Shown here: piece after piece, positions 7,353-16,143 of the stretch | Layout: every line of letters starts with the position of its first letter | Position numbering within the stretch: position 1 is the first letter of the stretch | From: Edaphobacter aggregans | GTDB lineage: Bacteria > Acidobacteriota > Terriglobia > Terriglobales > Acidobacteriaceae | Direction of reading: 5' to 3' | DNA: 32,000 bases | NCBI RefSeq assembly: GCF_003945235.1 | Contig: NZ_RSDW01000001.1 | Span: forward strand, 1,440,001 to 1,472,000 | The notes under the pieces: generated by a model | What the model was told of the DNA's origin: nothing | Seen by the model: the letters and a program-made list of their open reading frames with translations, nothing else | The model's database searches: none | Made by a program: the position numbers and the translations under genes

Positions 7353-8180
7353 ATGCGCTTCGACATCATCACGATCTTTCCGGGCTTCTTCGATAGTCCG
7401 CTGGAGTACGGCATTCTTAGGCGCGCTCGTAATGCAGGGTTGGTGACGGTTGCCGCGCACGATCTGCGCAGCTTTACGCATGATCGGCATCGCACGGTGG
7501 ATGACCGGCCTTTCGGTGGCGGCGAAGGGATGGTGCTGAAGGCGGAGCCTATCTTCGATGCGGTGGAGTCATTGCATGTCACGCCTAAGGCTGAGCGCGA
7601 TACGCAGAAGGAGACGGTGATTCTGCTGTCGGCGCAGGGGCGTCCGTTTACCCAGACTGTAGCTCAGGAGTTGGCTGGGATGGAGCGAGTGGTCATCCTT
7701 TGCGGACGGTATGAGGGCATCGATGAACGTGTGAATGAGCTGCTGTGCGACCGCGAGATTTCGATTGGTGACTATGTGCTTTCTGGCGGGGAGCTGGCGG
7801 CCGCGGTGATTGTGGATGCTGTCGTGCGGCTGCTGCCGGGGGCGTTGGGGAATCCTGATTCGTCGCGGTTTGAGAGCTTTGGGGCGGAGGAAGCCGGGGA
7901 AGAGGTTGGCGGGGTGGATGGGCCTCCGCGATCGACGTATGGGGCTGGGGGGTTGCTGGATTATCCGCATTACACCCGGCCAGCTGAGTTTAGAGGGGTG
8001 TCGATTCCGGATGCGCTGCTGGGGGGTAACCACGAGGTTATACGGCAGTGGCGGCGGCGGATGGCTCTGAGGAAGACGCTGCGTAACCGGCCTGATTTGT
8101 TGGAGAAGATGCCGATCAGCGACGAGGATAGGGAAATTCTGGACGAGTTACGGTATCTCGAGGAAAATCCCGAGGAATGA
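7353..8180 (+). CDS. trmD: tRNA (guanine37-N1)-methyltransferase TrmD
   Basis: 'MRFDIITIFPGFF', 'GRYEGIDERV' and 'SIGDYVLSGGELAA' are hallmark TrmD motifs. A Gly/Glu-rich insertion of roughly 25 aa precedes 'LLDYPHYTRP'. Confidence 0.95.
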   Translation: MRFDIITIFPGFFDSPLEYGILRRARNAGLVTVAAHDLRSFTHDRHRTVDDRPFGGGEGMVLKAEPIFDAVESLHVTPKAERDTQKETVILLSAQGRPFTQTVAQELAGMERVVILCGRYEGIDERVNELLCDREISIGDYVLSGGELAAAVIVDAVVRLLPGALGNPDSSRFESFGAEEAGEEVGGVDGPPRSTYGAGGLLDYPHYTRPAEFRGVSIPDALLGGNHEVIRQWRRRMALRKTLRNRPDLLEKMPISDEDREILDELRYLEENPEE

Positions 8181-8261
8181 GGCGTGTTTCCTTGGGGATG
8201 CGGCCTTAAATGGGCGTTTTCGTGTACACTAAAGACTCGAGTTCATAACAGGAAAGTAGTC

Positions 8262-8618
8262 ATGTCTATTCATCCCATCATGCAGAAGCTGGCCGCGAAG
8301 TTAGAGCGGACCGATCTCCCCGAGTTCGCCCCTGGCGACACAGTCCGCGTTCAGGTCAAGATTCGTGAAGGCGAGAAAGAGCGTCTGCAGGCATTCGAAG
8401 GAATGGTCATCGCCTGCAATAAAGGCGCTCAGGGCACGTTTACCGTTCGCAAGATGAGCTTCGGCCAGGGCGTCGAGCGCATCTTCCCGTACAACTCCAA
8501 GGTTGTCGACAAGGTCGAGAAGGTTCGGTCGTACGAGGTTCGCCGCTCGAAGTTGTTCTACCTGCGCGGTCTGCGCGGTAAGGCTGCTCGTCTGCGCGAG
8601 GTCGAGCGCGCCAAGTAG
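8262..8618 (+). CDS. rplS: 50S ribosomal protein L19
   Basis: '[32 protein letters not shown]' is the L19 core. The ORF-track start at 8184 adds 26 implausible residues. ATG 8262 is preceded by aggaaag at 8250-8256. Confidence 0.95.
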   Translation: MSIHPIMQKLAAKLERTDLPEFAPGDTVRVQVKIREGEKERLQAFEGMVIACNKGAQGTFTVRKMSFGQGVERIFPYNSKVVDKVEKVRSYEVRRSKLFYLRGLRGKAARLREVERAK

Positions 8619-8640
8619 TTTTCGTACCAGTTCTCCACAG

Positions 8641-8670
8641 AGCCACGATTTCGGTCGTGGCTTTGTTCTG
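8641..8670 (+). terminator. Candidate intrinsic terminator after rplS
   Basis: agccacga (8641-8648) / loop tttcgg / tcgtggct (8655-8662), followed by the T-rich ttgttctg. The ORF-track GTG 8657 of rnhB lies inside the right arm. Confidence 0.55.
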
Positions 8671-8701
8671 CTCGCGAGGTTATACACTTTTGCTGAAGAG
8701 T

Positions 8702-9469
8702 ATGGCTTCCCTCCCTTCGACTCGCGCTTCCCGAACCGTTACAGCCGCTACTGCGAAGCAACGGATGCTCAAGCAGCTTGTATGCAGCGATGCTCCGGAA
8801 CAGGCGTTGCGCTATCACGGTTTTCGGGTGATTGCAGGGGTGGATGAGGTGGGACGGGGGGCTCTGTTTGGGCCGGTGGTGGCGGCGGCGGTGATTCTGC
8901 CGGAGCGGGTGAGCAGTCTGGCTCGGGCGGGGTTGAAGGACTCCAAGCAGTTGACACGGCAGGAGCGGGAGAAACTGGATCGTAAGGTTCGGCGGATGGC
9001 TCTGGCGATCAGTGTCGCCGAGGTGGATGCTGAGACGATCGATCGGGTGAATATCTATCAGGCTTCGCGGCAGGCCATGTTGATGGCGGTGATGGGGCTG
9101 TCTATTGCACCGGATCATCTGTTGATTGATGCTATGCGGATTGATCATCCGTGCCAGCAGACGAAGCTTTTTTATGGGGATTCTTTGAGTCTTTCGATTG
9201 CGGCGGCTTCGGTGGTCGCTAAGGTTCACCGGGATGCTTTGATGCGGGAGTTGGATTTGATGCACCCGGGGTATGGGTTGGCTTCGCATAAGGGGTATGG
9301 GACGCCTTCGCATCGACGGGCGCTGGTGGAGTTGGGGCCTTCGGTGCTGCATCGGCGGACGTTTGCTCCGGTGCGGGCGGTGGATCCGGATGCGGCGGTG
9401 GAGGAGATGGTCTCAGAGGAGTTGCTGTTTGACGATGGGGAGCTTGAGGAGAGTGCGGATTGGGTTTGA
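8702..9469 (+). CDS. rnhB: Ribonuclease HII
   Basis: 'IAGVDEVGRGALFGPVVAAAVIL' is the RNase HII active-site motif, with 'DSKQLT' and 'HKGYGT' also present. The start is uncertain (GTG 8657 or ATG 8702). An acidic C-terminal tail is present. Confidence 0.9.
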   Translation: MASLPSTRASRTVTAATAKQRMLKQLVCSDAPEQALRYHGFRVIAGVDEVGRGALFGPVVAAAVILPERVSSLARAGLKDSKQLTRQEREKLDRKVRRMALAISVAEVDAETIDRVNIYQASRQAMLMAVMGLSIAPDHLLIDAMRIDHPCQQTKLFYGDSLSLSIAAASVVAKVHRDALMRELDLMHPGYGLASHKGYGTPSHRRALVELGPSVLHRRTFAPVRAVDPDAAVEEMVSEELLFDDGELEESADWV

Positions 9470-10191
9470 AGCTGATGTGCGTGGTGGCTCATCCGGATGA
9501 TGAGTGCTTTGCGTTTGGAGGGGCGCTGGCGTTGGCGGCGGATCGTGGGGTTGAGACGTATGTGGTTTGCCTGACGGATGGGCAGGCGGCTAAGAATCGC
9601 GGCGTTGCAGCGTCCGCAGCTGAGCTGGGCCAGATGCGTCGAGCTGAGTTTGCGGCTTCGTGCAAGGTGCTGGGGGTGACGCATCATAAGCTGTTGAACT
9701 ACCAGGATGGGAAGCTTGAGTTTCTTGAGTTTTCACAGGCCGCGGCTGGGTTGGTGGAACGAATGCGGCAGTTTCGTCCGAATGTAGTGCTTACCTTCGG
9801 CGGGGACGGCGGACTGAATGTGCATGTGGACCACATGATGGTCTCGTCGTTGACTACGGCGGCTTTTCACTGGTGCGGTCTGGCGAGGCGGTTTCCGGAA
9901 CTGGGTGCGGTACATCAGCCGGACCGGTTGTTCTACCAGACGAGTAACTTCTTTTTGCCAAGGCCGGTGGTTCCCAAGCCGATGCCGTGGACGGTGACTC
10001 TGGATGTCCAGTCGGTGCTGGAGCGGAAGAAGGAGGCGTTCCGGCAGCATGTCTCCCAGGCTCCTTTGATGGAGCAGACGAAGGGGCTGTTTGAGCGCTA
10101 TGGGGCTGAGGAGTTCTATGCTCTGGTGGCTAGCGCGGAGGCTCGAGCGGCATGGCAGATGACGGATTTGTTTGAGGGGTTGAAAGCTTAG
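9460..10191 (+). CDS. PIG-L/LmbE-family N-acetylglucosaminyl deacetylase
   Basis: 'VVAHPDDECFAFGG' (the AHPDDE motif) and 'HVDH' are characteristic of the PIG-L family. It overlaps the rnhB stop by 10 nt. Confidence 0.85.
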   Translation: MGLKLMCVVAHPDDECFAFGGALALAADRGVETYVVCLTDGQAAKNRGVAASAAELGQMRRAEFAASCKVLGVTHHKLLNYQDGKLEFLEFSQAAAGLVERMRQFRPNVVLTFGGDGGLNVHVDHMMVSSLTTAAFHWCGLARRFPELGAVHQPDRLFYQTSNFFLPRPVVPKPMPWTVTLDVQSVLERKKEAFRQHVSQAPLMEQTKGLFERYGAEEFYALVASAEARAAWQMTDLFEGLKA

Positions 10192-10249
10192 TGCTTCTCC
10201 TTTCGGGTCCCCCTCTTGGGTATTAAGTGCTTGTAAACTATTGATTCAA

Positions 10250-10303
10250 CAGAGAAAGGCTCTGGTGTTTTTTCCGGAACCTCTCTCTGTTTTGTGCTAT
10301 TTT
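10250..10303 (+). terminator. Candidate intrinsic terminator after the deacetylase gene
   Basis: cagagaaagg..ctgg / loop tgtttttt / ccgg..cctctctctg forms an interrupted stem with one mismatch (10250-10289). It is followed by ttttgtgctatttt. Confidence 0.5.
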
Positions 10304-10548
10304 AAGTATAGCGGGTTGGGTGGAATTGTTTGCCAAAGCTATCTGGTTGATTTATCTGGATTTATGGATGATGAGGGGTTGACAAGAATTATGTGAGGCA
10401 TCCCAAGAGGCCCGGACTGAAGCCCCTTGTAAATATGCCTATGCCGCAGAGCTAAGCCCTGCACTTCCACCCAAAGACAACAGCAGATCCTGCGGGATGA
10501 CAACCAAAGAAACAACAGCAACGACGACAGCAGCGGCAGCTTGAGGGG

Positions 10549-13530
10549 TTAGCGGGTAGGGACGTCGTTGGTTGTGGGGTGGGTGTAGTAGATGATGCGG
10601 TCGCGACCGGCGGCTTTGGCTTCGTAGAGGGCCTGGTCGGCACAGCGGATCATGTCTTCGACGGTGGTGGAGGGTGAGTCCATCCAGACTACGCCGAAGC
10701 TGGAGGTGACCTGGAGGGACTTGTCCAGGTATTGGAATGGCCTGTCAGATATGGTTTGCTGGAGTTCAGTGAGGCGAGGGCAGGGGTCTTGGGGGTGGAG
10801 GCCAGGGAGGACCATGAGGAACTCCTCGCCGCCGTAGCGGCCTACGAAGTCGTAGGGACGGACGCTTTCGAGCATGCGCTGGGCGGCGTCGCGGAGGACG
10901 GAGTCGCCTGCCAGGTGGCCGTGGGTGTCGTTGATGCGCTTGAAGTGGTCGATGTCGGCGAGGACGACGGCGAGGTGGCTGCCTTCGCGGCGGGTGCGGT
11001 CGAGTTCGCGCTCGAGGACGTCGAGGATGGCGGAGCGGTTCCAGATGCCGGTGAGAGCGTCGCGGGTAGCTTGGCGGCGGAGCTCTTCGCGGGTGGCTAG
11101 CAGCTCGGCTTTTTCGGCCTCTAGCTCAAGGGTGCGCTGGGCGACTAGCTTGCGGAGGATCTGCTGTCTGCGAATGAGTGCCCGTTCACGCCAGTACCAG
11201 ACGAGGACTGAGAGCGAGGTGAAGAGGACGGCGAGGAAGAAGTAGAAGTACGTGGTGCGCCACCATGGTGGGCGGATGGTGAAGGCGAAGGAGGCGGTCT
11301 GTGATTGCTTCTGGTGGGCGGGGTCTACGGCTTGTACTTCGAAGCGATAGTCGCCGGGGGGCATGGCAGCGTAATGGAGATGGCGGCCGGGGGTTTGGGT
11401 CCACTCGGATTCGAGACCGAGGAGTCGGTAGCGGAAGAGCAGAGAGCCGTCGCGGTCGAAGTTGAGTGAGGTGAAGGTGATGTCGAGAGGGACGTCGCGC
11501 CACCGCCAGACGTTGCGGCTGCCGGTGAGATGGAAGGCACGGTCGCCGAGGGTGGCAGATTTGAGCTGGACGGTGAGGGGAGCTGGGGAGAAGAGTTGTT
11601 CGGGGTGGAGGAGATGGATAGCTCCGCCGTTGACGCCGATCCATATGGAGCCGTCATGGTCGGCGAAGAAGGCTCCCTCGTCGGTATCGTTGGAGATGAG
11701 GCCGTCTTGCTCGGTGAGGAGACGCCAGCGCGAGCCGTCGAAGACATTGACGCCGAGGTCGGTGCCGATCCAGAGCCAACCGCGATGATCGAAACGGACG
11801 ATCTGAACGTCGGTGGAGACGAGATCTGGGGTCGAGACGGTGTTGAGGATGCTGGCCTGGGCTCCCTGCACGCGAAGATGGAGGAGAGCGGAGAGGCCAC
11901 CGCCAATCCAGAGGGTGCCGTCGGAGGCGACGGCGATGTTACGCATCTGGCCACGGGTGTAACGGCGGTCAATGGATATTTCCTCGAAGCGGCCGTCTGC
12001 GAGGCGGTAGAGGTGATTGTCGGCCAGGAACCAGAGGTTGTGGGAGGCGTCTTCGGCGGCGTCGGCGAAGGCGTCGGTTGAGATGAGGGGGTCGGTGAGT
12101 TTTTCTACCGTGGGATGGGGGCCCGGCTCTCGGACGACGTAGAGTCCTTCGCGAGTGAGGAACCAGATGCGGTGGGCGGAGTCCTGAAAGAGGCGGGCGG
12201 AGGTGGGAATTTTGGTGCGAAAGGTGATGCGCTGACGGGAGGGGTCGTAACGGAGAAGATCACCGGCTATGTGGAGTATCCAGAGAGCTCCGTCGGGGGT
12301 TTGGGTGAGGCCGGTTGCGTGTGGGAGAGCGGTAGCGGCGAGTGCTGGTGGGACTGTGATTTGGTGGGCTATGTTGTCGAGTTGCGACAGCTGGAGCTGG
12401 TCAGCGATCCAGACGCGGGATTCGCGATCGCGCAGGATGGGCCAGACGATGTCGCTGCGCAGGCCCTGATCGGTCGTCCAGTTTTCAACCTGGTCGTAGC
12501 CAAGCCACCGATAGATACCGTGGCCTCGGGTGCTGATCCAGATTGAGCCTTGCTGGTCGGAGAGGATGGTGCTGATGGCGTCGAAGGCGAGGCCGTTGCT
12601 GCGGTCGAAGGTGCGCCAGCCGGTGCCGTTCCAGCGGGCGATGCCGGTGTCGGTTTGGGTGAGGAGGTCGCCGTGGGCGTCTTCGGTGAAGGTGAGGAGG
12701 CCTGCTCCGGAATAGATCGAGAGGCCGTTGGGGGCGATGTCGCGAGCGGCAAAGCGGGTGGCATCGGGAGCGAGGACACGGATGTGCTGAGGGCTGCGGG
12801 CCCAGAGCCAGCCGTGGCGGTCGAGGTAAAGGTAGGTCCAGGACTCGTCGGGGAGGTCTTGCTGGGAGCCGAGGATGGTGAGTTGGCCGTCTTTGACGCG
12901 GCAGATGCGATGGCCGCAGCCTAGCCAGAGTGTGCCGGCGGAGGTGGCCATGATGCTGTGGAGTTGGGAGAGCTCGGGGTGGGTGGCGGTCTGCTGGGGC
13001 GTGAAGTAGGGCGCAGCGGTCCAGAGCTGGGAGGCGTTTTGCTGGACCTGCATGAGGGTTCCCCGATCAAGGAAGAGGACGTGTCGGGAACCAAGGGTTG
13101 CGAGGCGCTGGACGGCTGCGAACTGCATAGGGTGGGAGCCGGTCGGGACGGATTGGAAGCGGGTGCCATCGAAGTAGTAGAGATGGTCGTTGGTGGTGGT
13201 CCAGATGCGGCCAGAGGAGTCGAGGGCGAGGGAGAGGACGAGGGATTCCTCGATGCCGTCGGCAGCGGTGAAGCGGTGAAACTCAGAGCCGTCGTAACGG
13301 AAGAGACCGTTTTCGGTGGCGATCCAGAGGAGGCCTTCCTTGTCCTGAACAATTTTGAAGACGTCGAGGTTGCGGAGACCTTCGTTCTGGCCGTAGTGAC
13401 GGAAGGTGAACTGCTGTGCTCGGGAGGTGGATGCGAGAAGGCCGAACAGAAGCAGGAGGAGCATCTTTTGCAGGAGTACGTGGCGGAGTTTTGAGCTTCG
13501 ACTGTTTCGGGGTCTTCGCGGACTGCTCAA
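10549..13530 (-). CDS. Sensor diguanylate cyclase: extracytoplasmic two-component-regulator-propeller/Y_Y_Y domain + TM + coiled coil + GGDEF
   Basis: N-terminal signal/anchor 'MLLLLLFGLLASTSRAQQ'. The first ~700 aa show repeated 'G.lW.gT..GL' propeller-type repeats. TM segment 'YFYFFLAVLFTSLSVLVWYW'. C-terminal GGDEF domain with 'RYGGEEF' and an RxxD I-site (RPYD) 5 residues upstream. The start is either 13530 or the internal Met at 13464. Confidence 0.9.
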   Translation of the reverse strand: MSSPRRPRNSRSSKLRHVLLQKMLLLLLFGLLASTSRAQQFTFRHYGQNEGLRNLDVFKIVQDKEGLLWIATENGLFRYDGSEFHRFTAADGIEESLVLSLALDSSGRIWTTTNDHLYYFDGTRFQSVPTGSHPMQFAAVQRLATLGSRHVLFLDRGTLMQVQQNASQLWTAAPYFTPQQTATHPELSQLHSIMATSAGTLWLGCGHRICRVKDGQLTILGSQQDLPDESWTYLYLDRHGWLWARSPQHIRVLAPDATRFAARDIAPNGLSIYSGAGLLTFTEDAHGDLLTQTDTGIARWNGTGWRTFDRSNGLAFDAISTILSDQQGSIWISTRGHGIYRWLGYDQVENWTTDQGLRSDIVWPILRDRESRVWIADQLQLSQLDNIAHQITVPPALAATALPHATGLTQTPDGALWILHIAGDLLRYDPSRQRITFRTKIPTSARLFQDSAHRIWFLTREGLYVVREPGPHPTVEKLTDPLISTDAFADAAEDASHNLWFLADNHLYRLADGRFEEISIDRRYTRGQMRNIAVASDGTLWIGGGLSALLHLRVQGAQASILNTVSTPDLVSTDVQIVRFDHRGWLWIGTDLGVNVFDGSRWRLLTEQDGLISNDTDEGAFFADHDGSIWIGVNGGAIHLLHPEQLFSPAPLTVQLKSATLGDRAFHLTGSRNVWRWRDVPLDITFTSLNFDRDGSLLFRYRLLGLESEWTQTPGRHLHYAAMPPGDYRFEVQAVDPAHQKQSQTASFAFTIRPPWWRTTYFYFFLAVLFTSLSVLVWYWRERALIRRQQILRKLVAQRTLELEAEKAELLATREELRRQATRDALTGIWNRSAILDVLERELDRTRREGSHLAVVLADIDHFKRINDTHGHLAGDSVLRDAAQRMLESVRPYDFVGRYGGEEFLMVLPGLHPQDPCPRLTELQQTISDRPFQYLDKSLQVTSSFGVVWMDSPSTTVEDMIRCADQALYEAKAAGRDRIIYYTHPTTNDVPTR

Positions 13531-13648
13531 GCGTACTCCTAGCGGTAGGTCACCTTAGATTTTAGACGGGCTAAGACGCAGCCTAGCTTGGGTTAGGAGG
13601 AGAAGATTATTTTGGCAGTACCGATTTGATTCCTCTCTGTAGACTGGG

Positions 13649-14251
13649 GTGGTGATGGACGAACGACAGGTCGAGACAGCTGTGGATCCGGTTGCGCTGT
13701 TCCAGGTGTGGATGGAAGATGCGGAGACTTCTGAGCCGAACGATCCGACTGCTGTCGCTCTGGCTACGGCGTCGGCTGACGGCGCTCCCAGTGTGCGGAT
13801 GGTGCTGGTGAAGGGTGTGGACGAGAGGGGATTTTCTTTTTATACGAATGCTGAGAGCCGCAAGGGCGGGGAGCTGGGTGAGAATCCGCGGGCTGCAATG
13901 TGCTTTCACTGGAAGAGTCTGCGGCGGCAGACTCGGGTGGAGGGGGTGGTGACGGAGCTGCCGGATGCTGAGGTCGATGCTTACTTTCATAGCCGGTCGC
14001 GTGGAAGTCAGGTGGTGTCGGCAGTGTCTCGGCAGAGTCAGCCGCTGGAGAGCCGGGAGATGCTGGTGGAGATGGCGCGGGAGTTGGCGCGGGAGACTCC
14101 AGGAGACATTCCGAGGCCGGAGTGGTGGAAGGGGTATGTGCTACGACCGGAGCGGATGGAGTTCTGGATAGAAGGGGAGTATCGGCTGCATGACCGTTTT
14201 TTGTTTGTGCGGGGCGAGGTTGGGTGGCTGAAGACGCGGTTGTTTCCGTAG
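13649..14251 (+). CDS. pdxH: Pyridoxamine 5'-phosphate oxidase
   Basis: 'RMVLVKGVDERGFSFYTNAESRKG', 'RQTRVEG' and 'EFWIEGEYRLHDRFLF' match PdxH. GTG 13649 and ATG 13655 are both possible starts. Confidence 0.9.
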   Translation: MVMDERQVETAVDPVALFQVWMEDAETSEPNDPTAVALATASADGAPSVRMVLVKGVDERGFSFYTNAESRKGGELGENPRAAMCFHWKSLRRQTRVEGVVTELPDAEVDAYFHSRSRGSQVVSAVSRQSQPLESREMLVEMARELARETPGDIPRPEWWKGYVLRPERMEFWIEGEYRLHDRFLFVRGEVGWLKTRLFP

Positions 14252-14260
14252 CGTAGCGAA

Positions 14261-14698
14261 TCAGGATTTTAGGGTAGCTACTTCATTTATGGATTTGTGT
14301 GGTGTTGCTTGATGAGAGCGTAGCTTTTCGTACTTCACTGCTAGCAGATCGAGGTCGGAGTCGGAGAGGTGTTCGATATCGATCATCTGGTTTCTTGCTG
14401 ATTCGATGGCACGGATAAGCTCGTTCAGCTTGAGGTTCATTGCACGAGCATCGCGATTCTGGGTGTTCTGGATGAGGAAGACCATGAGAAAGGTAACGAT
14501 GGTCGTGCCGGTGTTGATGATGAGCTGCCAAGTATCCGAGTAGTGGAAGAAGGGGCCTGTGATGCCCCATATGACGATGACAGCGATAGCGACGGCAAAT
14601 GCCCAGTGGGAACCGAGATAGGTTGATGCACAGGCAGCGAAGTGACCGAAGCTATCCTTCGATGCAACGGTCGGCGTACAGGCGTCGTGGCTGGACAT
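14261..14698 (-). CDS. Low-affinity iron permease (Fet4-like, PF04120-type) family small membrane protein
   Basis: 'FHYSDTWQLIINTGTTIVTFLMVFLIQNTQNRDARAMNLKLNELIRA' is the conserved core of this family as I recall it. Confidence 0.8.
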   Translation of the reverse strand: MSSHDACTPTVASKDSFGHFAACASTYLGSHWAFAVAIAVIVIWGITGPFFHYSDTWQLIINTGTTIVTFLMVFLIQNTQNRDARAMNLKLNELIRAIESARNQMIDIEHLSDSDLDLLAVKYEKLRSHQATPHKSINEVATLKS

Positions 14699-14916
14699 TT
14701 GATCCTCTATTTTCTGTCAATCCCATGTCATCAGACGCTAAAAATGGGCAGACCGTTTCCATGTGACTGAAGATTGCGAGATCACGTTCGTTTGAAGCGA
14801 TTTGCCAAGAGTAGATAGAGAGGTGTATTTTGTTCGGGTCCACAATAATATCTCTTCGCGTGTTGATGTAAGTTTGGTGATGCAACAAAATCGAGCGATT
14901 CGAAGGGACAGACAAG

Positions 14917-16128
14917 ATGAGTCACGAGGCATTGGCACGACGAGCGTTTCTGAAGGGTGCAGCCAGCGGAATCGTTGGTTCAGGATTGATGGCGGGGATG
15001 CCGGCGTTTGGGCTGGATATTGATCCGGCGCGTGTGGCTCATGAGGTGGCTGAGCCAGGGCAGGACGCGGGGGCCAAGCCGAAGTACTCGATCAAGTTCG
15101 GCGTGTGTGGGATGAGCCATGACCACATCTATGGAATGGTCGGGGCGATTCAGCGTGGCGGTGGTGTGCTGGTGTCGGCGTATGGCGCGGAGCCGGATAA
15201 GAAGGCTGCGTTTGCGAAGAGGTTTCCTGATGTGAAGATGGTTGGGTCGGAGGAGGAGGTTCTGAATGATCCTTCGCTGCAACTGATCCTGAGTTCGACG
15301 ATTCCTGATCAGCGGGCGGATCTGGGGATTCGCGTGATGAAGCAGGGCAAGGATTATTTGAGCGACAAGCCGGGTGCGACTTCGCTGGCGCAGATCGATG
15401 GGATTCGCAAGACGATTGCCGAGACGAAGCGGATCTACGGGATTCTTTACAGCGAGCGACTTGAGGTGAAGGCTGCGGTGAAGGCTGGAGAGCTGGTAAA
15501 GGCTGGGGCGATTGGAAGGGTGATCCAGACGATCAATATTGCGCCGCACCAGATTGTGCAGCATGGGGCTGATCCGTATGCAGGGGGCGCGGGGGGAAGG
15601 CCGGATTGGTTCTGGGAGCCGACAAAGTATGGCGGGATTTTGACGGATATCGGGTCGCACCAGGTTGATCAGTTTTTGTACTACACGGGGTCGACGGAGG
15701 CCGAGGTTGTGGCTTCGCAGGTGGCGAATGTTAATCACAAGGCGAAGCCGCGGTTCCAGGATTTCGGCGACATGATGCTGCGTGGTGATCGCGGGTTTGG
15801 ATATGTGCGGCTGGATTGGTTTACGCCGGATGGGCTGGGCACCTGGGGCGATGGGCGGTTGTTCATCTTGGGAACGGATGGGTACATTGAGCTGCGAAAA
15901 TATGTGGATGTCGCGCGGTCAAAGCTGGGTAACAACCTGTTTATTGTGGACAAGAATGAGGCACGGTTTATCGACTGCAATAATCTGACGCTGCCGTTTG
16001 GTCCGCAGTTTGTCTCGGATGTGGTGAACAGGACCCATACGGCTCAGGACCAGACGCAGGCTCTGCTGGCTGCTGAGTTGGTGGTGCGGGCGCAGATGAA
16101 GGCTACAAAGGTGGAGTTGAAGGGGTAG
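14917..16128 (+). CDS. Gfo/Idh/MocA-family oxidoreductase with Tat signal
   Basis: Twin-arginine motif 'ARRAFLKG'. Rossmann-like N-domain 'IKFGVCGMSHDH' (degenerate GxGxxG). 'SDKP' sits in place of the family EKP motif. The C-terminal domain is Gfo/Idh/MocA-like. Confidence 0.85.
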   Translation: MSHEALARRAFLKGAASGIVGSGLMAGMPAFGLDIDPARVAHEVAEPGQDAGAKPKYSIKFGVCGMSHDHIYGMVGAIQRGGGVLVSAYGAEPDKKAAFAKRFPDVKMVGSEEEVLNDPSLQLILSSTIPDQRADLGIRVMKQGKDYLSDKPGATSLAQIDGIRKTIAETKRIYGILYSERLEVKAAVKAGELVKAGAIGRVIQTINIAPHQIVQHGADPYAGGAGGRPDWFWEPTKYGGILTDIGSHQVDQFLYYTGSTEAEVVASQVANVNHKAKPRFQDFGDMMLRGDRGFGYVRLDWFTPDGLGTWGDGRLFILGTDGYIELRKYVDVARSKLGNNLFIVDKNEARFIDCNNLTLPFGPQFVSDVVNRTHTAQDQTQALLAAELVVRAQMKATKVELKG

Positions 16129-16143
16129 CAGCAAGGAGGACTC

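Noticed and set aside
8184-8261. Possible 26-aa N-terminal extension of L19, or a structured L19 leader.
   Set aside because: The extension ([14 protein letters not shown]...) is not L19-like, and ATG 8262 has a proper SD. I could not define a conserved leader structure in the 80 nt by eye.
10497-10544. Thr/Ala-rich 15-codon mini-ORF (MTTKETTATTTAAAA), reminiscent of a thr-type attenuation leader peptide.
   Set aside because: It has no SD and no downstream plus-strand gene to regulate, since it runs into the 3' end of a convergent gene. The composition is explained by the CA-rich low-complexity tract.
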